From: Candidatus Multivoradales bacterium
GTDB taxonomy: Bacteria; Acidobacteriota; Thermoanaerobaculia; Multivoradales; Multivoraceae
Length of the DNA: 64,000 nt
Direction: 5' to 3'
Assembly (NCBI GenBank): GCA_965223325.1
Contig: CBDCWI010000002.1
Span: 704,001-768,000, forward strand
The number at the start of each line of letters is the position of its first letter. Positions within the stretch are counted from its first letter, which is position 1. Below are positions 57,789-64,000 of this stretch, piece by piece. Below the pieces are notes generated by a model that was not told the origin of the DNA, did no database searches, and saw nothing but the letters and a program-made list of their open reading frames with translations. The position numbers and the translations under genes are program-made.

Positions 57789-59392
57789 GGTGGAATCGGC
57801 ACCGGGAAGAGCGGGTTGTCGTCGGTTTCTCGTTCGAGAATCTCGACCCCCTGGCGCACCAGCTGCGGGTACTCAGCGGCCAGGTTGTGGAGCTCACCAG
57901 GATCTGCGGCAAGGTCGTAGAGTTCCCACCCGGCGCCCGCGCTGGGCAGATCGTCGAGACGCTGGTGCACGAGCTTGTAGTCGCCGAAGCGCACCGCCAC
58001 CTGGCCGCCATACTCGGGGAACACCCACACCATGGGGTTGCGCTCGGGACGTTCGGGTTCGCCCCGAAGCGTCGGCAACAGGCTGATGCCGTCGCCGCTT
58101 GCGAGGGGGCTCCCCAGCAGCTCGGCGAAGGTCGCGAACCAATCGGGGAAGTAGGTCACGTAATGGTTGGTCACGTTGGCGTCGACCTCCCCGGGCCAGC
58201 GCACGATCAATGGAACGCGCAGGCCGCCTTCGTAGACGCTCCCTTTGAAGCCGCGCAGGCTGGCGGTGTCGCTGTAGGCAGTGCTCCTGAAGAAGGGCGC
58301 GTCGACGCCGCCCACTCCGAAGTCCGCATCGCGATCGCTCCCGTGGGTGGTGCCGTTGTCGCTGGTGAAAACCACCAGGGTCTCATCGCTCAGGCCAAGC
58401 TCGTCGAGTTTTCTGAGCACCAACCCGACGTGTTCGTCGAGGTCACTGACCATCGCCGCGTAGCCTGCCCGCGGGCGCGGGTGTGGCGTGTAGCCGGCGG
58501 CGCCACGATAGACCTTCCGGTCCCAGTCCTCGGGATAACGCTCGACCCACTCTTTCGGAGGCTGCATCGCGACATGCGGCTCGACGAAGGGCAGATAGAG
58601 AAAGAACGGCTGCGCGCGATGCTCGTCCAGGAAGTCGAGCGCGGCTTCGACGATCAAGTCCGGTGCGTACTGGTCGGCGAACCAGTCCTCCATGCGCACC
58701 GGACCTTCGGGCTGTCTCATATGGCCCGGCACCGGCTCCTGGTTGATGCTCATCTTGTGGTCATCGACCCAGAGGTGCGGTGGGTAGTAGCTGTGGGCGA
58801 CACGCTGGCAGTTGTAGCCAACGAAACGGTCGAAGCCCTGAGCGTTCGGGTCGCCACTCGAACCCACCGGTCCCAGGCCCCACTTCCCCATCGCTCCAGT
58901 GACGTAGCCATGTTCGCCGAAGAGCTCCGCTAAGGTGTACGCCTCCTCGGGTATCGGCCACTGCCCTTCGACGCGCTCACCCTGGTCGTCGACCGCATCA
59001 AGGTTGCCGCGGATGGTCGTATGGCCCAGATGCTTGCCGGTCAACAACACGTTGCGCGACGGCGCACAAACCGGCGCCCCCGAATAGTTGTAGCTAAAGC
59101 GCATACCCTCCGCAGCGAGGCGGTCGAGGTTCGGCGTGCGGATCTTCTCCTGGCCGTAGCTTCCGAGCTCGCCGTAGCCAAGGTCGTCGGCGAGGATGAA
59201 GACGACGTTGGGTGGCCGCGTCGCTTCGCCGCCACGGCCGTTGGCTAGAGCAACCTTCGGGCCTGGGGAAGAAGAAGCGTCGCCGGTACAGCCGGCGCTC
59301 GCGGCCAGCAACAAGAGAGCGGCCGGCAAGCTCAACCGCTTTCGGTCGCAGAGGGTGCGAAACGATGACAACGAGAACGACGGTTGGAACAT
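57785..59392 (-). CDS. Arylsulfatase (Cys-type)
   Basis: PNVVFILADDLGYG, CAPSR, GKWGLG, FTSDNG, KGSVYEGGLRVP, ELYDLAADPGE. Confidence 0.92.
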   Translation of the reverse strand: MFQPSFSLSSFRTLCDRKRLSLPAALLLLAASAGCTGDASSSPGPKVALANGRGGEATRPPNVVFILADDLGYGELGSYGQEKIRTPNLDRLAAEGMRFSYNYSGAPVCAPSRNVLLTGKHLGHTTIRGNLDAVDDQGERVEGQWPIPEEAYTLAELFGEHGYVTGAMGKWGLGPVGSSGDPNAQGFDRFVGYNCQRVAHSYYPPHLWVDDHKMSINQEPVPGHMRQPEGPVRMEDWFADQYAPDLIVEAALDFLDEHRAQPFFLYLPFVEPHVAMQPPKEWVERYPEDWDRKVYRGAAGYTPHPRPRAGYAAMVSDLDEHVGLVLRKLDELGLSDETLVVFTSDNGTTHGSDRDADFGVGGVDAPFFRSTAYSDTASLRGFKGSVYEGGLRVPLIVRWPGEVDANVTNHYVTYFPDWFATFAELLGSPLASGDGISLLPTLRGEPERPERNPMVWVFPEYGGQVAVRFGDYKLVHQRLDDLPSAGAGWELYDLAADPGELHNLAAEYPQLVRQGVEILERETDDNPLFPVPIPP

Positions 59393-59396
59393 GGTT

Positions 59397-60272
59397 CTAG
59401 GACTCCTTCGACCTCCAGAGCTCGAAAGCCCAGGGGCCACTTTCTTCGCCGCGCTCGGCGCAGCCGACGATTTCGTGGGTCGCTCGGAGTGCCGACCGTG
59501 ACGGTAGCTCGCCAGCCTCCAGACTCGGGGGGAGGCGGCCACCTTGCCAGGACGAGAGAAGCAAGAGGTCGATCCGTGGTGGAACCGTATTCCACAACCA
59601 CCGGACCGACGATGGCCCGAGCTCGACGGTGGCACGCCGTCCTCCACCACCCGCTTCCACAAGTGCCGTGAGCGCGGTCTCGGGGTTTGCCGGCTCGAGG
59701 CATTCGACCTCGAGCTCGGTCGGGACCGGCCCGCGGTGCTTCGCGAACAGCGCCTGGAGTCGCCGTTCCCCAGCCCGGTCGGTGAGTACGGTGGTGGGCA
59801 ACCCAGTGCCTCCGTCGCCCTGCGCCAGGGCGGGATGGCGGAGGTCGAAACCACGACCCGACGTCAGCACACCGAGCCGAGGCCGGTTGCTTTTGTTCGC
59901 CGTCGGCAGGTGTTCTGCCCGCCAGGACGCGAGTAGAGACGCCGCAACCGGCGCACCTGCCAGGTCGTGGCGAACTTCTGGTTCGGCGCGCAGGATCGAA
60001 CCACTGGTGAGGATGCAGTCGGCGCGCGCGCGAGCAAGCCCGAGGATGAAGCCGTCCAGCACACTCGTCGGAGTTCTCTCGTCGATTGCCATCACCACGT
60101 TGCGTTCGTCGTTTCGCCAGACCGCCGCCACCTGAAGAATGGCGCCCGGATCCAGGAGAAGAGCCAGCGCTCGCTCACCCCACATCGAAGCGACCAGTTG
60201 GTCGACCGCTCGCCAGTCTCCTCTTCGTTCGAGATCGGCCAGGGGCCCCTTCTCCAGTTGCAGTCTCTTCAT
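59397..60272 (-). CDS. RibD C-terminal / dihydrofolate reductase-like protein
   Basis: DGFILGLARARADCILTSGSILRAE, VLTS, VELGP. Confidence 0.65.
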   Translation of the reverse strand: MKRLQLEKGPLADLERRGDWRAVDQLVASMWGERALALLLDPGAILQVAAVWRNDERNVVMAIDERTPTSVLDGFILGLARARADCILTSGSILRAEPEVRHDLAGAPVAASLLASWRAEHLPTANKSNRPRLGVLTSGRGFDLRHPALAQGDGGTGLPTTVLTDRAGERRLQALFAKHRGPVPTELEVECLEPANPETALTALVEAGGGGRRATVELGPSSVRWLWNTVPPRIDLLLLSSWQGGRLPPSLEAGELPSRSALRATHEIVGCAERGEESGPWAFELWRSKES

Positions 60273-60337
60273 GACCGGGACGCTACACTGCCGAGGGTAA
60301 GAGCCCTTGTCAGACTGAAACCGTAGAGGGGAAGCGC

Positions 60338-61573
60338 TTGGACTTCAACGACTCACCCGAACAGGCCGAGTTCCGCCGAGAGGCCAGGGAATGGTTGGCA
60401 GCACATGCACCGACCTTCGAAGTCCCAGCTCACCGCGACAACGCCGCCGTCAACTCCGAGGAAGAACTCGCGCACGCCAAGAAGTGGCAGGCGCAAAAAG
60501 CCGATGCAGGCTACGCCACGATGCATTGGCCCGAGCGTTTCGGCGGGCGCAATCTGCCCCGCATCTACAGCGTGATCTACGACCAGGAGGAAGCACGCTA
60601 CCGCGTACCGCGGGGCGCCTTCTTCAACATCGGCATCAACTTCGGTGGCCCCACCGTCATCGAGTACGGGTCACGTGAACTCCAGGAGCGTCTGCTACCA
60701 CGCCTGCGTCGCGCCGACGACATCTGGTGCCAGCTGTTCTCAGAACCCGGCGCAGGCTCCGACCTCGCTGGCCTGCGCACGCGCGCCGAGCGTGACGGCG
60801 ATGAGTGGGTGATCAATGGCCAGAAGATCTGGTCGACCTACGCGCAATACGCCGACTGGGGCATCCTGGTGACGCGCCACGACCCTGGCCTACCAAAGCA
60901 CAAGGGCCTCACCTACTTCCTGCTCGACATGAAGACCGAGGGCGTCGAACCGCGGCCCATCCAGCAGGCGTCGGGAGCGTCGCACTTCAACGAAGTCTTC
61001 TTGACCAACGTTCGCATCGCCGATGCCTACCGGCTCGGCGAGGTTGGAGCGGGCTGGCAGGTGGCGATCACCACGCTCATGAATGAACGCCTGGGCGCCA
61101 ACTCGGTAGAAGCACCGCCAACCTTCGAGCAGATCTTCCGGCTCACGCGAGCCGCCGAGCTCGAGAGCGGTCGCGCCATCGACGACCCTGCCGTGCGCTC
61201 CGAGCTCGCCGACTGGTACGTCAAGTTTCGCGGCCTCGAACTGGTCCAGCAGCGAACTCTGACGCGGCTGGCGCAGGGGAGACAGCCTGGGCCCGAAGCC
61301 TCGATTCGCAAGTTGGTCGCTGGCGACCTGCAGCAGGAGATCGCCAGCTTCGGCATGGACCTGTGCGAGATGACCGGCAGTAGAACCGACGATGCCGGCG
61401 GTCCCGGTGCGCTCTTCGCACGGGCGCTCCTCGGCTGCCCGGCAACGCGCATTGCCGGCGGTTCCGACGAGATCCTGCGCAACATTCTCGCCGAACGTGT
61501 GCTGGGGCTTCCGGGTGACATCCGGGTCGACCGCGACGTTGCATTCCGTGACATTCCCACCGGCCGGGCCTGA
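60338..61573 (+). CDS. Acyl-CoA dehydrogenase
   Basis: WCQLFSEPGAGSDLAGL, NGQKIWS, FNEVFL, IAGGSDEILRNI. Confidence 0.92.
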   Translation: MDFNDSPEQAEFRREAREWLAAHAPTFEVPAHRDNAAVNSEEELAHAKKWQAQKADAGYATMHWPERFGGRNLPRIYSVIYDQEEARYRVPRGAFFNIGINFGGPTVIEYGSRELQERLLPRLRRADDIWCQLFSEPGAGSDLAGLRTRAERDGDEWVINGQKIWSTYAQYADWGILVTRHDPGLPKHKGLTYFLLDMKTEGVEPRPIQQASGASHFNEVFLTNVRIADAYRLGEVGAGWQVAITTLMNERLGANSVEAPPTFEQIFRLTRAAELESGRAIDDPAVRSELADWYVKFRGLELVQQRTLTRLAQGRQPGPEASIRKLVAGDLQQEIASFGMDLCEMTGSRTDDAGGPGALFARALLGCPATRIAGGSDEILRNILAERVLGLPGDIRVDRDVAFRDIPTGRA

Positions 61574-61587
61574 CATTGGAGAGAACG

Positions 61588-62487
61588 ATGACTGAGTCCT
61601 TGACCCGTCGAGACCTGCTCAAGACCGCTTCGGCCGCCTCGGCTGCCGGAGTTCTCGCCGGCGGTGCCACCTCGGTGCTTTCGGCTCCGGTTTCCCCTGA
61701 AGAGACCGGCGCGATCGAGCGCGTTATCGAGAACGACCGCATCAAACAGTCGGTCTGTCGTTGGTGCTACATGCGCACGCCACTGCCGGAACTTGCGGCT
61801 GCCGCCAAAGCAATCGGCCTGCGCTCGATCGAGCTGGTAGGCCCGAACGACTTCGAGACCCTGCGCCAGTTCGGGCTTACCGCAGCGGTACTCAACACGC
61901 ACAGCATCGAGAAGGGTCTCAACGACCCTGCCCACCACGAGGCCTGCCTCAACGCGATCCGCACCAGCCTCGAAGCCGCAAAGGGCTTCGGCGCGCCCAA
62001 CGTGATCACCTTCTCGGGCAACCGGAACGGCAAGTCTGACGAGGAGGGCCTCGAAAACTGCACCAAGGCGCTCAAACAGGTCGTCGGCGAAGCCGAGAAG
62101 CTCGGCGTGACGATCGTGATGGAGCTCCTCAACAGCCGCGTCGATCATGCCGACTACCAGGCAGACAGCACACCTTTCGGTGTCGAGCTGGTCGAACGCG
62201 TTGGCTCAGAACGATTCAAACTGCTCTACGACATCTACCACCTGCAGATCATGGAAGGCGACGTCATTCGCACGATCCGCGACCACCACGAGGCCATTGG
62301 CCACTACCACACCGCTGGTGTTCCGGGTCGCCACGAGCTCGACGAGAATCAGGAACTGCAGTACCCGGCGATTGTGCGCGCCATCATCGACACCGGCTAC
62401 GAGGGCTACCTCGGCCAGGAGTTCATTCCCGCCGGCGACGACGCACTCCGCAGTCTGGCGCACGGCGTGCGGGTCTGCGACGTCTAG
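61588..62487 (+). CDS. Hydroxypyruvate isomerase-like TIM barrel with Tat signal
   Basis: TRRDLLK, KQSVCRWCY, ELLNSRVDH, LYDIYHLQIMEGD, HYHTAGVPGRHE. Confidence 0.88.
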   Translation: MTESLTRRDLLKTASAASAAGVLAGGATSVLSAPVSPEETGAIERVIENDRIKQSVCRWCYMRTPLPELAAAAKAIGLRSIELVGPNDFETLRQFGLTAAVLNTHSIEKGLNDPAHHEACLNAIRTSLEAAKGFGAPNVITFSGNRNGKSDEEGLENCTKALKQVVGEAEKLGVTIVMELLNSRVDHADYQADSTPFGVELVERVGSERFKLLYDIYHLQIMEGDVIRTIRDHHEAIGHYHTAGVPGRHELDENQELQYPAIVRAIIDTGYEGYLGQEFIPAGDDALRSLAHGVRVCDV

Positions 62488-62499
62488 AGAGCCGGTGGC

Positions 62500-63213
62500 T
62501 CAGGTTTCGTACTCGTCGTGGCGCTTGACCCACGACTGACCGAAGGCCAGGTCCGCCTCGTCGCGGCCCTTCGGCAGGAGATCGATGGTGTGGTACGCAC
62601 CGTTCAAACGGTCGAGTCCGCGGGCGTAGGTCGAGTAGGCGTGAAACACCCTCCCGTCGCGCGTTGCAAAGACCGAGACCCCAGGCCACTCTCCCGGCCG
62701 CTCGGCCCGTCGATAGTTGTACTGAACTTCGCCCGCTTCGATCTCCTCCGCGCTGAAGGTGACCCCATAGTCCTGGTTGAACGAAGAGCGGCCTGACGAC
62801 AGCCACGGGAAGCTCCAGCCCATGCGCTCACGGTACGCCAGCAGGGTCTCGAGTGGCGCAGTCGATATGGCGACAAAACGCGCGTCGCGTTGTTCGACAT
62901 GCACCCGAAAGGCGTCGAAGCCATCAGCCCAGAACGAACAGCTCGGGCACCCGGCTTGCCAGTCGGCACCGAACATGAAGTGCTGGACGATCAGCTGGCT
63001 CTTGTCGCCGAAGAGATCCGCAAGCGACACTTCGCCGTCTTCACCATCGAAAACGTAGGGTTCTGTCACCTCGACCCAGGGCAAGGCGCGCAGCTCGGCG
63101 GCAAGCGCGTCGCGCTGTCTGTCGAACGCCTTTTCTCTGACCAGCAGGGCACGCCGAGCGGCAAGCCATTCCTCGCGCGAGACGACGTTCGGGTGGTGGG
63201 GGGTTTTGGACAT
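62500..63213 (-). CDS. DUF899 family thioredoxin-like protein
   Basis: VSREEWLAAR, LPWV, HFMF, CPSCS, YSTYARG, PKGRDE. Confidence 0.9.
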   Translation of the reverse strand: MSKTPHHPNVVSREEWLAARRALLVREKAFDRQRDALAAELRALPWVEVTEPYVFDGEDGEVSLADLFGDKSQLIVQHFMFGADWQAGCPSCSFWADGFDAFRVHVEQRDARFVAISTAPLETLLAYRERMGWSFPWLSSGRSSFNQDYGVTFSAEEIEAGEVQYNYRRAERPGEWPGVSVFATRDGRVFHAYSTYARGLDRLNGAYHTIDLLPKGRDEADLAFGQSWVKRHDEYET

Positions 63214-63329
63214 CTCACTTCTCCTCGTTGACATGAAGACGGTCGGGGCGATGCCTCTCCTCAGTCATGACGAACGACAACAAGAGCACTCGACAGCAGG
63301 CGGCGACATTCCTTCCAGCCGCCTTTGAC

Positions 63330-64000
63330 TCAGGCGACCTCCTTGTCGTAGCCCGTCTCGTCGCGAAAAAAGGCCGCAAACCCGAGCATGGTGACGAGCG
63401 CAGCAACCGACAACGCCCCCCACAGGCCGGTGTAGTTGACCGGCAGACCACCGGTGCCCGGGAACATGTCGACCAGTACCTTGACCGCCAGGCTGGCGGC
63501 CACCGGCCCGACACCGAGGATGATGATGCCGAAGACGGTCTGTGCCGAAGCGCGCACGTCTTCGGGCGCGATGCGATCGACGTAGATGAAAGCGGCGGCA
63601 AAGAAGCAGGCATAGCAGAGACCGTGCAGGGCCTGGCTGGCGACAATCACTTCGGCCGGCAGGGAGCTGGCAAAGATGGCGTAACGCACCACATACGCCA
63701 GGCAGCCGAGGGCAATCACCCAGCGGAACCCGAGCCGGCGCAGCAGCCAGCCGGTCGCGACCATGACCGCAATCTCGGCGAACTGGCCAATGGTCATCGC
63801 CGGACCGATCTGAGAGTCTCGGAGGCCGACGACGTTCGAGAAGAAGGGCGCCGTTTGCATGAAATAGACCTGGTGGATGATCGAGATCGGCAGACTGGCG
63901 AGCACCAGGACCAGCAGCGAGCGTTTGCGCAGCAGAGCAAAAGCCGCCTTCCACGCCAGCGGTTCCGCGGCATCGGTACGCGGTGGCGTGTGCGGCAGGA
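63330..64000 (-). CDS. MFS nucleoside:H+ symporter (NupG/XapB-like), 5' part outside the window
   Basis: LPHTPP, MTIGQFAE, LHGLCYACFF, RASAQ. Confidence 0.82.
   Translation of the reverse strand, partial: LPHTPPRTDAAEPLAWKAAFALLRKRSLLVLVLASLPISIIHQVYFMQTAPFFSNVVGLRDSQIGPAMTIGQFAEIAVMVATGWLLRRLGFRWVIALGCLAYVVRYAIFASSLPAEVIVASQALHGLCYACFFAAAFIYVDRIAPEDVRASAQTVFGIIILGVGPVAASLAVKVLVDMFPGTGGLPVNYTGLWGALSVAALVTMLGFAAFFRDETGYDKEVA

Overview
A GC-rich bacterial chromosomal window, densely coding and mostly housekeeping or catabolic genes. The host is probably Acidobacteriota, possibly Thermoanaerobaculia; this is inferred from gene content and 'IF.DGFE.GD..W' C-termini. Main contents: an EF-P beta-lysylation cluster (epmB/efp/epmA), truD, rnd, rarD, a MarR-ABM pair with a triple palindromic operator, a Tat-signal carotenoid oxygenase coupled to an acyl-CoA ligase, lon, a 7-gene peptidase-HIT-GcvT-like-2x phytoene-dehydrogenase-like-SDR-esterase operon, a Kef-type antiporter, crcB, acyl-CoA dehydrogenases, sulfatases and several secreted beta-propellers. 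The most notable non-routine structure is a complete group IIB intron (18364-20272, RT/maturase without endonuclease, non-canonical AUACG 5' end). It is inserted into one arm of a composite REP-like inverted-repeat element, and the other arm preserves an intron-free copy of the site. A second notable region (about 44.9-47.0 kb) is an S9 peptidase gene broken apart by a lower-GC glycosyltransferase-like insert plus fused IS30/IS3 relics. No tRNA, rRNA or CRISPR array was seen. All calls come from motif reading only; no database searches were run.
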